Origin: an uncultured virus (IMG/VR IMGVR_UViG_3300032181_000411)
Taxonomy: Duplodnaviria > Heunggongvirae > Uroviricota > Caudoviricetes
Strand: one strand, 5' to 3'
DNA length: 64,000 nt
IMG/VR virus record: IMGVR_UViG_3300032181_000411
Shown here: in pieces, positions 1-7,989 of the stretch
How the letters are laid out: the number at the start of each line of letters is the position of its first letter
Numbering within the stretch: position 1 is the stretch's first letter
Made by a program: the position numbers and the translations under genes
The notes under the pieces: model-generated
What the model saw: the letters and a program-made list of their open reading frames with translations, nothing else
The model's database searches: none
What the model was told of the DNA's origin: nothing

Positions 1-2
1 AT

Positions 3-317
3 GACTTCTTATACCTGGACCCACCATATTATGAGACTGTGAGTCACTACTATGGCAAAGATGGTGCTCTACACAAGTCATTTGACCATGAGAAGTTCTG
101 TGATACCTTGAAGCAACATAAAGGTGGGTTTGTGATGTCTTATGACAACAGTGATGCTGTACGTGCTCTCTATGATGGGTGGACTGAGTTCAGGTATCTC
201 ACATTCCCATATCAAATGTCAGGCACTAAGCGTTATGACAAGACAGAACTAGTCATTGTTAAATACCCTGAGAAGACAAAACCTAAAGTAACACCCCTGG
301 AGGCGTTTATGGTATGA
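3..317 (+). CDS. dam: DNA adenine methyltransferase (Dam-like), C-terminal part; 5' end outside the window
   Basis: The frame from nt 3 reads DFLYLDPPYY (catalytic DPPY motif IV) and continues into the tracked 39..317 ORF (FDHEKF, VMSY, TELVI). Confidence 0.85.
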   Translation, partial: DFLYLDPPYYETVSHYYGKDGALHKSFDHEKFCDTLKQHKGGFVMSYDNSDAVRALYDGWTEFRYLTFPYQMSGTKRYDKTELVIVKYPEKTKPKVTPLEAFMV

Positions 318-556
318 GTATATACTACTCCGTTCTCATCTCGATCTTTGCTGTTGTATTAGCATTGATGGCGATTGATCCTAACGTTGGTTACTGGATT
401 GATCTACAGGTACAGAATGCTATTGTACAATTGAAGCGACGATACTATATTATTACGATGGGCACAGTTGTTAAGTTTCAGACCTGGAAGATGAAACGTG
501 AGTTTAAGAAGATTAGAAGAGAGTATAACCTACCCGAGGATGACAATGACAATTGA
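314..556 (+). CDS. hypothetical membrane protein
   Basis: 80 aa ORF with a hydrophobic N-terminal helix; ATGA overlap with the upstream stop. Confidence 0.6.
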   Translation: MSIYYSVLISIFAVVLALMAIDPNVGYWIDLQVQNAIVQLKRRYYIITMGTVVKFQTWKMKREFKKIRREYNLPEDDNDN

Positions 557-794
557 AGGAAGACCATATCTAGGACCAGATACAACTTACGAAGAACAAC
601 GTAAGATGAGGTTTCAGGATGCTATCGATGATTATCTTCTTGATGACCAAGTATCTGCTCGACAAATCTATGAGGAGATGCTATCGTGTGTGAACGATAC
701 ACTCTCATATTATGAGAAGAATGCTGACCGAGTTAGACAACTCAGGGATATGATGCTAGGGTATCGTCCTGACCAACTTCCAGACAGATACTAA
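540..794 (+). CDS. hypothetical protein (probable start MTMTIEGRP)
   Basis: Tracked ORF 498..794; ATG near the upstream stop; tight packing. Confidence 0.6.
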   Translation: MTMTIEGRPYLGPDTTYEEQRKMRFQDAIDDYLLDDQVSARQIYEEMLSCVNDTLSYYEKNADRVRQLRDMMLGYRPDQLPDRY

Positions 795-970
795 TGGAAA
801 AAACTGAAGTAACACTAACATCTGGGCAAATACTATATCTCATGGACCTGATGATGGGTTGTCCCATGGGTGAGAGTAGATTACATGCTGATAAGCGTGG
901 AATTAATGATGGTGAACTGTATAAACATTTGGACGCCATGCTACATGAAGCATTGGGAGACTTAGATTAG
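794..970 (+). CDS. hypothetical protein, 58 aa (MEKTEVTLTSGQ...)
   Basis: Translated by hand; fills the gap exactly with TAATG and TAGTG overlaps. Confidence 0.55.
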   Translation: MEKTEVTLTSGQILYLMDLMMGCPMGESRLHADKRGINDGELYKHLDAMLHEALGDLD

Positions 971-1479
971 TGGAGATCATACACAATGTGATGTCACCTG
1001 AAGTTTTCCACAAGGTTAGACATGATGCTTACAATTTGTGGGAAACTGATCCTAACGGATACTTTACTAGCGATGAGGAGTGGACAGATACTCTAAAAGA
1101 TGGATACACAGGCACTTGCTATTGTAGAGAATTAGATGGTGATAGATACGATCTCATTTTTGATGACATTAAGCATAAATTACCCACGACAGAGAATGTA
1201 ACTTTGCTATACTATGTCTGGGACAAACACTCTGGCATTCAATGGCACAATGATGGTTATTGGGATTGGGCAGGTAGTATATACTTGGATGATGGGTGGA
1301 AACCAGAGTGGGGAGGAATCTTCCTGTGGAAAACTCTATATCCTGAGTATGCCTACCATGCTCATATTCCGACAGCAAATACTATGTCATTGAATACACA
1401 GGCAATTCCTCATTGTGTAACACCAGTGTTAGATAATGCTCTATGTCCTAGATTTTCTATTCAAGTATTTTGTAAGTAA
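970..1479 (+). CDS. 2OG-Fe(II) oxygenase (prolyl-4-hydroxylase-like)
   Basis: WHND (HxD), W..EWGG.F, distal HCVTPV, R.SIQ 2-oxoglutarate-binding Arg. Confidence 0.8.
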   Translation: MEIIHNVMSPEVFHKVRHDAYNLWETDPNGYFTSDEEWTDTLKDGYTGTCYCRELDGDRYDLIFDDIKHKLPTTENVTLLYYVWDKHSGIQWHNDGYWDWAGSIYLDDGWKPEWGGIFLWKTLYPEYAYHAHIPTANTMSLNTQAIPHCVTPVLDNALCPRFSIQVFCK

Positions 1480-1548
1480 TGCGGAATCTAATCTATCAAA
1501 TGGCGACACGTATTGAAACATACGCTCGCTGGATGCGGAAACGTACGT

Positions 1549-1605
1549 ATCCACTCCGTAAACCGTCCACTAGGCGGCATGGTGGTGACATGGATGCTCT
1601 ATGAT
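1549..1605 (+). promoter_or_regulatory. early promoter motif copy 1 (ATCCA-N10-CGTCC ... TATGAT)
   Basis: Same architecture as nine other copies; right arm starts 36 nt before the -10 box. Confidence 0.55.
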
Positions 1606-1631
1606 TACAAGGTAATCAAGGGAACACACCC

Positions 1632-1871
1632 ATGAGACTGCTGACCTCCGCCACACAGGTTGATTACTATCCCGTCACTCCTGCTGGCAAACGCTTCGTC
1701 CGCCGTGTCACCTGGCATCCTGGTGCTGAGACTGAGATGACCTCATTCTCCACCATTGTCAAGACTGACATGCTGTATGATGCTAACAACCACATTGCTA
1801 ATGGTGCTGAGGTTATTGACTTCAACATTCATTGCTACTCTGGTAACGATTACACCCCTATGGCTTGCTGA
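1632..1871 (+). CDS. hypothetical early protein
   Basis: 79 aa ORF directly after the promoter motif and an AC-rich leader. Confidence 0.7.
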   Translation: MRLLTSATQVDYYPVTPAGKRFVRRVTWHPGAETEMTSFSTIVKTDMLYDANNHIANGAEVIDFNIHCYSGNDYTPMAC

Positions 1872-1873
1872 TT

Positions 1874-2038
1874 ATGAACCCTATTGCTGATCCTTTCCAA
1901 GACTTTATTGACAAAATGGCATCTGATCCCATGTTTATTCAACAATGTGAAGAAAACAACCGTAAATGGGAAGAAGAAGCAGCAGCAGAACTTGAGATGA
2001 CTGTTGATGAACTTCGTGAAATGCTTAAACTAGAATAA
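1874..2038 (+). CDS. hypothetical protein, 54 aa, acidic
   Basis: Translated by hand: MNPIADPFQDF...EMLKLE. Confidence 0.55.
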   Translation: MNPIADPFQDFIDKMASDPMFIQQCEENNRKWEEEAAAELEMTVDELREMLKLE

Positions 2039-2076
2039 AGTCTCCTAAGTAGTACCGTATTTCTGCTATTATCACC

Positions 2077-2220
2077 ATGGATGATAGAACTACCGCTATG
2101 TTTGAAGAACTAAAAGATCTTCTTAAGGTACTACAAGAACGTACCCGTGAGCAAGACGCTTACATCAAAGAACTCAAACAACAAATGTCCGACATGACTG
2201 ACAGAGAGTATGATTGCTGA
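2077..2220 (+). CDS. hypothetical coiled-coil protein, 47 aa
   Basis: Translated by hand: MDDRTTAMFEEL...DREYDC. Confidence 0.5.
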   Translation: MDDRTTAMFEELKDLLKVLQERTREQDAYIKELKQQMSDMTDREYDC

Positions 2221-2497
2221 CATTATTGTAGACATGGAACAACATGTACGTGATGGGCATGTGTACCTTGTAGAAGTTGAACTACCTTGGCATGATGAAA
2301 ATGCCGAACCATCATATGGATGTATTAGTTACGATTTGTATCTAATCGCCACGTCCTCACATCAGGCTAGTTATATTGCTAGCTGTCTTTATCCTGCTGC
2401 TGATGGAATCTTTGTCAACGACGAACCAATCACTCAGTATCAGTATGCTGCCCGTAGGAACAGAAGTATATTACAAAGGTCACAGGGGGACGATTAA
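2210..2497 (+). CDS. hypothetical protein
   Basis: 95 aa tracked ORF in a tightly packed run. Confidence 0.6.
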   Translation: MIADIIVDMEQHVRDGHVYLVEVELPWHDENAEPSYGCISYDLYLIATSSHQASYIASCLYPAADGIFVNDEPITQYQYAARRNRSILQRSQGDD

Positions 2498-2636
2498 GTT
2501 CTCTTGTGAAGATAGTATTACTATCTGCGTACAGGTATTTCCAGATGAACCCGTAAGGAATGTTTGTCTGGTAGCATACAAATGGCAATTCGACGAGATT
2601 ACACTCGTACATGGCAACCAATCTGAAAGAACCTAA
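2445..2636 (+). CDS. hypothetical protein (SH3-like pattern MLPVGTEVYYKGHRGTI)
   Basis: Tracked ORF 2376..2636, internal ATG at 2445. Confidence 0.55.
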   Translation: MLPVGTEVYYKGHRGTIKFSCEDSITICVQVFPDEPVRNVCLVAYKWQFDEITLVHGNQSERT

Positions 2637-2764
2637 TGAATGAATTTGAAGGCGACATCTTCGGTGATTATCAACTCCGAGAGAGTATTATTCGAGAAAT
2701 GAGTGAACAAGAGTTGTGGGAGACGCCTGAGACCCTACCAGAAGACCTCCTAGAGGACTTCTAA
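2636..2764 (+). CDS. hypothetical acidic protein, 42 aa
   Basis: Translated by hand: MNEFEGDIF...LLEDF; TAATG coupling. Confidence 0.5.
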   Translation: MNEFEGDIFGDYQLRESIIREMSEQELWETPETLPEDLLEDF

Positions 2765-2767
2765 GGC

Positions 2768-2824
2768 ACCCAGCGTATAAAGTGTCACAAGACCCCTTCA
2801 GGACCCTCCTGGAGGGGTTATACT
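2768..2824 (+). promoter_or_regulatory. early promoter motif copy 2 (right arm TGTCAC, 12-bp hairpin, TATACT)
   Basis: TGTCAC 2783-2788, inverted repeat 2792-2818, TATACT 2819-2824, ATG at 2831. Confidence 0.7.
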
Positions 2825-2830
2825 GTATAC

Positions 2831-3568
2831 ATGATTGAGTTACCCAATGATTTCCCCCATCAACCCCCAGAAGGATACAGCTACGAAGCGGTTTCATTTA
2901 AACGTTCTGTTATTGCAATTTGGCTTCTATCTAATCGTAGGTGGATCTACAATAGCGGGAATCAGTCTCGCACTATCTGGGGATTCTACAACACAAAGAA
3001 ACGTACCTACCACGCTCCAATCAACTCAAAGCGAGTTGGTGACACGGTAGATCCAGCGAAGACGAGAGCATGGACTGCCATGCCACTCCTCAAACTGGCA
3101 CTAGACTCCGCCGATTCGCCCTCGGCACCCTCTATACTTAGTTTCATACCAACGGACGACGACTCCATGACCACCGAGACCTTCGCTGACTTCTGTGCCA
3201 CCCAGGATGCTCGTAACGAGATCCAACTCAATGTTCGTAAGTACACCCTGATGCTGTGTGACGCTCTTGAAGACAACTTCAAGTCCCGTAACCGTGGTGT
3301 TGTTGCTGGTCGCCCTGCTCCTGAATACAAATTCGTGATCGAGTCTGGTCGTAAGTACCACAAGATCATCATGGAGGTTCCCAACGACAATCGTCCTCCC
3401 TCCCGTAGTGTCCACGCTTTCGTGGATAAAAAGACTGGTGAAGTCTACAAGGCAGCATCATTCAAGGCACCTGCTAAGCACGTCCGCTTCAACCTGCTCG
3501 TCATCAAAGAACGTGAGTGGTTGCTGGAGCACGCTGACTGGGCAGGTGGTTACCTCTACAAGCGTTGA
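2831..3568 (+). CDS. hypothetical early protein; probably two genes joined in frame (second start ATG 3167)
   Basis: Continuous 245 aa ORF containing an internal promoter (3081-3138) and a Ser/Pro/Asp-rich linker. Confidence 0.7.
   Translation: MIELPNDFPHQPPEGYSYEAVSFKRSVIAIWLLSNRRWIYNSGNQSRTIWGFYNTKKRTYHAPINSKRVGDTVDPAKTRAWTAMPLLKLALDSADSPSAPSILSFIPTDDDSMTTETFADFCATQDARNEIQLNVRKYTLMLCDALEDNFKSRNRGVVAGRPAPEYKFVIESGRKYHKIIMEVPNDNRPPSRSVHAFVDKKTGEVYKAASFKAPAKHVRFNLLVIKEREWLLEHADWAGGYLYKR
3081..3138 (+). promoter_or_regulatory. early promoter motif copy 3 (TGCCA-N10-TGGCA ... TATACT)
   Basis: Perfect 5-bp palindromic arms; -10 box starts 37 nt after the start of the right arm. Confidence 0.75.
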
Positions 3569-3570
3569 GG

Positions 3571-3599
3571 TTGACAGCAGACGCCCTGTCTGCTAAATT
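3571..3599 (+). promoter_or_regulatory. sigma70-type promoter TTGACA-N17-TAAATT with extended TG
   Basis: Consensus -35 box, 17-nt spacer, intergenic before ORF 3629. Confidence 0.7.
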
Positions 3600-3628
3600 A
3601 TATTAGTACACACATTTCTCTCAAACCA

Positions 3629-3850
3629 ATGGACACCGATCTGATGTATGTTGTGGTCAATGGTGAAGCCATCATGATGGAAAACGGTCAATTCGTCACC
3701 TATTTGGTTGACGAAGAAGACGGTACTATTGACTGGACTAGCAGTGACACTATCGACTGGGAAGATATGCTTCCTGGTGAGTATAAGATGTACAAAGCTG
3801 CTGTCGATTTCATTCAAACGTACACCTTCACCAATGTATACACCAAATGA
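3629..3850 (+). CDS. hypothetical protein
   Basis: 73 aa ORF after the sigma70 promoter. Confidence 0.65.
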   Translation: MDTDLMYVVVNGEAIMMENGQFVTYLVDEEDGTIDWTSSDTIDWEDMLPGEYKMYKAAVDFIQTYTFTNVYTK

Positions 3851-4074
3851 AGAAATTTACTTACATCTCAGATCTCTTTGCTCCCATTGATTATGATGCC
3901 ACACCAGTACGTATCACGCCACGTGCTGACCTGGAAGAGGACATGGTTAACAAATTCTGGAGATACCATGGACGCTTTCCAAATGACTTCGCCCGTGCTA
4001 TTGTAGAGATCCTGCCAGAGGGTAAGACCTTTGTCAGCTATGACCACCTTGCTAACTCGCTTGTAATCAAATGA
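3847..4074 (+). CDS. hypothetical protein
   Basis: 75 aa, ATGA coupling. Confidence 0.65.
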   Translation: MKKFTYISDLFAPIDYDATPVRITPRADLEEDMVNKFWRYHGRFPNDFARAIVEILPEGKTFVSYDHLANSLVIK

Positions 4075-4298
4075 ATCCTCTTCAACAAGAACACGAATCT
4101 ATTGCTCGTCAAGTTGACAAGATCATGACCAATCGTCACCGTCGCTTCATGTTTCTCATGAAGAAAGATCGTGTTGATGACGCTATTGCTATTGGTGAAG
4201 AGTTTCAAGAGTGGATGCACCTCGATGATGAGGGTGATGACGAAGAACTGTTGTATTTCCGCCTTGATGATCTAACTAATGAATACGAACAACGTTGA
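4071..4298 (+). CDS. hypothetical protein
   Basis: 75 aa, ATGA coupling. Confidence 0.65.
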   Translation: MNPLQQEHESIARQVDKIMTNRHRRFMFLMKKDRVDDAIAIGEEFQEWMHLDDEGDDEELLYFRLDDLTNEYEQR

Positions 4299-4947
4299 TC
4301 TAAAAGTGGGGGACCATCCCCCCTTTGAATCACATAAACCATTTGTCAGTAAACGACGTAAGTGGTTGTGGTATGTGAACGACACTAAATTACCTGATAT
4401 TCTCTGTAATGAGATCAACACGTACTTTGAGCGTAACGTACAACCAAAACCTGGGCAAGAAAGTTCAGGAAGGCAAGGTTATCGTGTTGTAGATGCTCGA
4501 TGGGCTCAAACTGGTGATTGGATTGCTCCATTTATTTGGAATTACGTTGATCGTATCAACAATGAGAACTTTGAGTATGACATCACAACACTTGCTTTCA
4601 GCGAAGTTCATCACCTCACCTACAAACCAGGATATCAATACGGATGGCATTCTGATGATTATGTCTGTAATGCCACTCGACCTGGACCAATTGACTGGGG
4701 AGTGCTTGACTTTGAACATAAAGAGTATGTGAGAAAACTTAGTTTCACCTTACAACTATCACACCCCAGTGAGTATACTGGAGGAGACTTACAGATTATT
4801 GATGTTCCTAATGAGACATTCTTCTGCCCTAAAGATAGAGGATCATTGATGGTATTTGACTCTAGATTAGTACACAGAGTCATGCCAGTTAAGACTGGCG
4901 TACGTAAATGCCTTGTAGGTTGGGCACTTGGACCTAAATGGAGGTAA
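4279..4947 (+). CDS. 2OG-Fe(II) oxygenase (PKHD-type)
   Basis: YGWHSD, RKLSFTLQLS..Y.GG, VFDS...HRV.PV..G.R..LVGW. Confidence 0.85.
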   Translation: MNTNNVDLKVGDHPPFESHKPFVSKRRKWLWYVNDTKLPDILCNEINTYFERNVQPKPGQESSGRQGYRVVDARWAQTGDWIAPFIWNYVDRINNENFEYDITTLAFSEVHHLTYKPGYQYGWHSDDYVCNATRPGPIDWGVLDFEHKEYVRKLSFTLQLSHPSEYTGGDLQIIDVPNETFFCPKDRGSLMVFDSRLVHRVMPVKTGVRKCLVGWALGPKWR

Positions 4948-4950
4948 ATC

Positions 4951-5628
4951 ATGAAAAACATGTTGATTGCTGCTCTCACAGCATTATCACTAGGCACAGC
5001 ACATGTAGCACTAGCGAATGAGGAGAAGATTACCAAGGGATTCTATTCAATGGATGCCATGGGATGTATGCTGCTCCGTGAATGTACGGACGGTGTTGAG
5101 GAAGTACACTCTCTCCTGGATATCTCATCACAATATGATGACCCAGAGCGGTATACATTTGTTGCTCAAGAGTTCAACAATATGTTGATGACTCTCAATC
5201 AGATTGGTATCAAAGTATATCTTGCTGATGAGAAGTATTTCCCAGTGAATCACCGTGGTGTCTATCATACTGTTGGTAATAACTTCTTCCTCAACAAACG
5301 ACACATGGATAAACCTCATTATTTGATGCAAGTAATGAGGCATGAAGGATGGCATGCAGCACAAGATTGTATGGCAGGTAGTATTGACAACTCTCTCATT
5401 GCTATTATTATGCCAGAGGAGAGTGTTCCAATGATCTGGAGAGTATTAGCAGAGCGTAACTATCCTGAACATGCTGTACCTTGGGAAGCAGAAGCGGGAT
5501 GGGCAGGTAGAGAGGAGGGCATGACCATGAAAGCACTCCAATCCTGTGCTGCTGGTACTATGTGGACAGATTATGAACCGACTCCATTAACATATAAATG
5601 GTTACGAGAGAATAACTACGTAGACTAA
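4951..5628 (+). CDS. exported protein with HExxH zinc-binding motif (putative zincin)
   Basis: N-terminal signal-like helix; RHEGWHAAQDC; downstream EAEA. Confidence 0.6.
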   Translation: MKNMLIAALTALSLGTAHVALANEEKITKGFYSMDAMGCMLLRECTDGVEEVHSLLDISSQYDDPERYTFVAQEFNNMLMTLNQIGIKVYLADEKYFPVNHRGVYHTVGNNFFLNKRHMDKPHYLMQVMRHEGWHAAQDCMAGSIDNSLIAIIMPEESVPMIWRVLAERNYPEHAVPWEAEAGWAGREEGMTMKALQSCAAGTMWTDYEPTPLTYKWLRENNYVD

Positions 5629-5629
5629 T

Positions 5630-6184
5630 ATGGGTATGTTCGATACTATTCACTGCTCCTACGATTTAGGACCAGGCTTTCACAATAAAACATTACAGAC
5701 CAAGGATATATCATCCACAATGTCTGAGTTCTGGTTATCACCGAGCGGTGAATTGTATCTTATTGACTACACTGGCACACAAGACTTTGTAATGGGCGAT
5801 AAACCACCATTCTTCAAACCTAATGGTCGTCGTGGTAAGGTTGTCGCCACTCAATTTCATGGTACAATAGAAGTGTACCCAGAAGTATGGACAGCATACT
5901 ATTCTCCTTATCCTAGACTCATGGTAACTTTCAACGATGGCAAGATCCAAAACCCAAAAGAATTTAGAACAAAATCTCAAGACTCTATCATCATCGAAGA
6001 AGGCACCGAAAAAGACTGGGAGGAGTTCTTCAACTCCGAAAGTGAAGGCAAAGACTTCTTCACCGACGAAGAAATCTACCAAATCTGTTACGACGACCAC
6101 TACGACCAGTACATCGAAGAAACAGCAAAAGAAACCTTCGGTCAAGCGTACCACTCGCCAGAAGCGCAAGGATCCTGGGATTAA
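5630..6184 (+). CDS. hypothetical protein (MGMFD N-terminus)
   Basis: 184 aa ORF; the C-terminal acidic part overlaps the next gene. Confidence 0.65.
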   Translation: MGMFDTIHCSYDLGPGFHNKTLQTKDISSTMSEFWLSPSGELYLIDYTGTQDFVMGDKPPFFKPNGRRGKVVATQFHGTIEVYPEVWTAYYSPYPRLMVTFNDGKIQNPKEFRTKSQDSIIIEEGTEKDWEEFFNSESEGKDFFTDEEIYQICYDDHYDQYIEETAKETFGQAYHSPEAQGSWD

Positions 6185-6359
6185 AGTACAAAACTCTCGT
6201 AAAAAAGAGAACTTCCCATGGATTGAAACGTTCCCCATCTTGTTAATCAACAAGACAGAGAACAAACGTTGTTGGTTTACCTGTATTGAACATGCTCAGA
6301 AGTATGTCACAAGGCATAACCCACAATACTCATGTTATCAATACACAGGTAAATTATGA
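5937..6359 (+). CDS. hypothetical protein with Lys/Ser/Thr-rich basic N-terminus
   Basis: 140 aa; globular-looking C-terminus FP..L......CWF.C..HAQKY; stop coupled to the next ORF. Confidence 0.6.
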   Translation: MARSKTQKNLEQNLKTLSSSKKAPKKTGRSSSTPKVKAKTSSPTKKSTKSVTTTTTTSTSKKQQKKPSVKRTTRQKRKDPGIKVQNSRKKENFPWIETFPILLINKTENKRCWFTCIEHAQKYVTRHNPQYSCYQYTGKL

Positions 6360-6538
6360 ACAATGATTATGACAGGGAATCTCCCGCTCCTCATCACATC
6401 TCATTAGATGAACAACTAGAGATCGACACTGAACTCACTGAGTTACACCAGCGTTACGATCGTTTGATCGAGAAAGTATACCTGATGGGGTATAAGAAAG
6501 GTCTACTACATAAGGACAACACACCACAATTCCCATGA
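6356..6538 (+). CDS. hypothetical protein
   Basis: 60 aa, ATGA coupling at both ends. Confidence 0.55.
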   Translation: MNNDYDRESPAPHHISLDEQLEIDTELTELHQRYDRLIEKVYLMGYKKGLLHKDNTPQFP

Positions 6539-6693
6539 ATCTATCACTTCAAGAGATTGATCATCTTATCAAGGCACTTGAAACAATGTCATCATATGAT
6601 ATTGCCCGTGCCAGAGAAGCAGTCGTTAATGGTGTATCAGATCACCCTGAACTCATTCAAAAACTCAAAGACTATCGGGTACGTTTGACATGA
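6535..6693 (+). CDS. hypothetical protein, 52 aa
   Basis: Translated by hand: MNLSLQEIDHLIKAL...; ATGA coupling. Confidence 0.55.
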   Translation: MNLSLQEIDHLIKALETMSSYDIARAREAVVNGVSDHPELIQKLKDYRVRLT

Positions 6694-6842
6694 CACAACG
6701 ACAGTGGCAAGAGATCTACACAATCGTAAGGAGAGAACAGAAAGGATTACTGGCAACATTTGATGAAGATCGCTATAATGAATTGAGTGATATTCTTGAT
6801 GAACTCTATCCCATCGCTTACCCACCATGTACGAAGAACTAA
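6690..6842 (+). CDS. hypothetical protein, 50 aa
   Basis: Translated by hand: MTQRQWQEIY...; ATGA coupling. Confidence 0.5.
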   Translation: MTQRQWQEIYTIVRREQKGLLATFDEDRYNELSDILDELYPIAYPPCTKN

Positions 6843-7006
6843 ATTGTTTTGAAGAGGCATTGAAACACTTTGGCACACGTGTTGAAGTGATCACAGCAAT
6901 GGAAATGTCACGACGTATCTCTGCTGAAGATGCTTATCAAATGATCAAGGATGAACTCAAAGAAGTAAAAAAGTGTCGTAAACAATTTAACAAGGAGGAA
7001 TGCTAA
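6827..7006 (+). CDS. small conserved protein resembling a cyanobacterial family (F..RV..I.A.E....IS.E.AYQ.IK)
   Basis: Translated by hand, 59 aa: MYEELNCFEEALKHFGTRVEVITAMEMSRRISAEDAYQMIK. Confidence 0.6.
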   Translation: MYEELNCFEEALKHFGTRVEVITAMEMSRRISAEDAYQMIKDELKEVKKCRKQFNKEEC

Positions 7007-7008
7007 TC

Positions 7009-7245
7009 ATGTCACAGTCAGAACCACGTCAAAGAGATCCACAAGATCCACTCTATGATCCTACTGACAAATGGAATGCCTATAAGGTAGATTTCCATGC
7101 TAATGAAACTCACCCAGATGATGAGTGGGATCCACAAACAGAAGGTAAAATCGCTGATCCACAAGAACGTCACAAAGATAAAGTATTAGACAAGTATTGT
7201 GATGATCACCCTGGTTCTCCTATGTGTAAAGTCTTTGACGAATGA
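7009..7245 (+). CDS. CP12-like protein (C-terminal Cys-pair domain)
   Basis: C-terminus LDKYCDDHPGSPMCKVFDE matches the CP12 C-x8-C..[FY]D[DE] tail. Confidence 0.7.
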   Translation: MSQSEPRQRDPQDPLYDPTDKWNAYKVDFHANETHPDDEWDPQTEGKIADPQERHKDKVLDKYCDDHPGSPMCKVFDE

Positions 7246-7300
7246 GTACGGCATTCATTATATTCTTTATACTATTACTCACTATCACACTTGAATTAAC

Positions 7301-7492
7301 ATGGAAGGTCAAACGTTCACGCTTTCGTTAGAGGATTATACTATTATCCTTAACGCTCTACATTATTATAAACGTGCCCCTAAGCGTGAAAACTTCCAAC
7401 AATATGATGATGAACGTATCAACAAACTACGTGATAGATTAGCATATCAACTTATCCCCTCTAGAAAGAGTAATCCTGATGAGCATTCCTAA
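7301..7492 (+). CDS. hypothetical protein
   Basis: 63 aa tracked ORF. Confidence 0.6.
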   Translation: MEGQTFTLSLEDYTIILNALHYYKRAPKRENFQQYDDERINKLRDRLAYQLIPSRKSNPDEHS

Positions 7493-7802
7493 TTTTAAAT
7501 CCCAAGAAGATTGGGAAGCATTTACATCTCTCTTCGATTCACGTTGGCATTGTAAGAAAGCATTGCTATATCGTGTTCGAGAAGATATGTTCCCCCATAC
7601 TAGATGGGATGAACTAACATCAGGACACCTGGAAGTAATCAATGACATCGTACAATCACTCCTCTATGATGTAGAATATACATTCAAAGAACAATACCCA
7701 GAGTATAAGGATGAAGATGATGAGATGTTCATTCCACGTCGTACATTCAAAGAAGATGTAACAAAAGCACTGAGAGAAGTGTTGGATGAAACACAATCCT
7801 AA
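7479..7802 (+). CDS. hypothetical protein
   Basis: 107 aa tracked ORF. Confidence 0.65.
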   Translation: MSIPNFKSQEDWEAFTSLFDSRWHCKKALLYRVREDMFPHTRWDELTSGHLEVINDIVQSLLYDVEYTFKEQYPEYKDEDDEMFIPRRTFKEDVTKALREVLDETQS

Positions 7803-7989
7803 ACACTGGACTCATGGTGGTCTCCCTCGTAAATCAGTTAACATACTACGATTACTATCAGAACTAGAAGGAGTATATCAGTTCACCAAATACATGGCAT
7901 TTGATGATGACAACGCTATCATCGATGAAATGAAACAACGATACTACAAACTATACTTTAAATTAGCAAAACAAGAGAAAAATGAATAG
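7786..7989 (+). CDS. hypothetical protein
   Basis: 67 aa tracked ORF. Confidence 0.6.
   Translation: MKHNPKHWTHGGLPRKSVNILRLLSELEGVYQFTKYMAFDDDNAIIDEMKQRYYKLYFKLAKQEKNE

Noticed and set aside
6691..6709. TGACA...TGGCA as an eleventh early promoter motif
   Set aside because: The spacer is 9 nt rather than 10 and there is no -10 box at the expected distance
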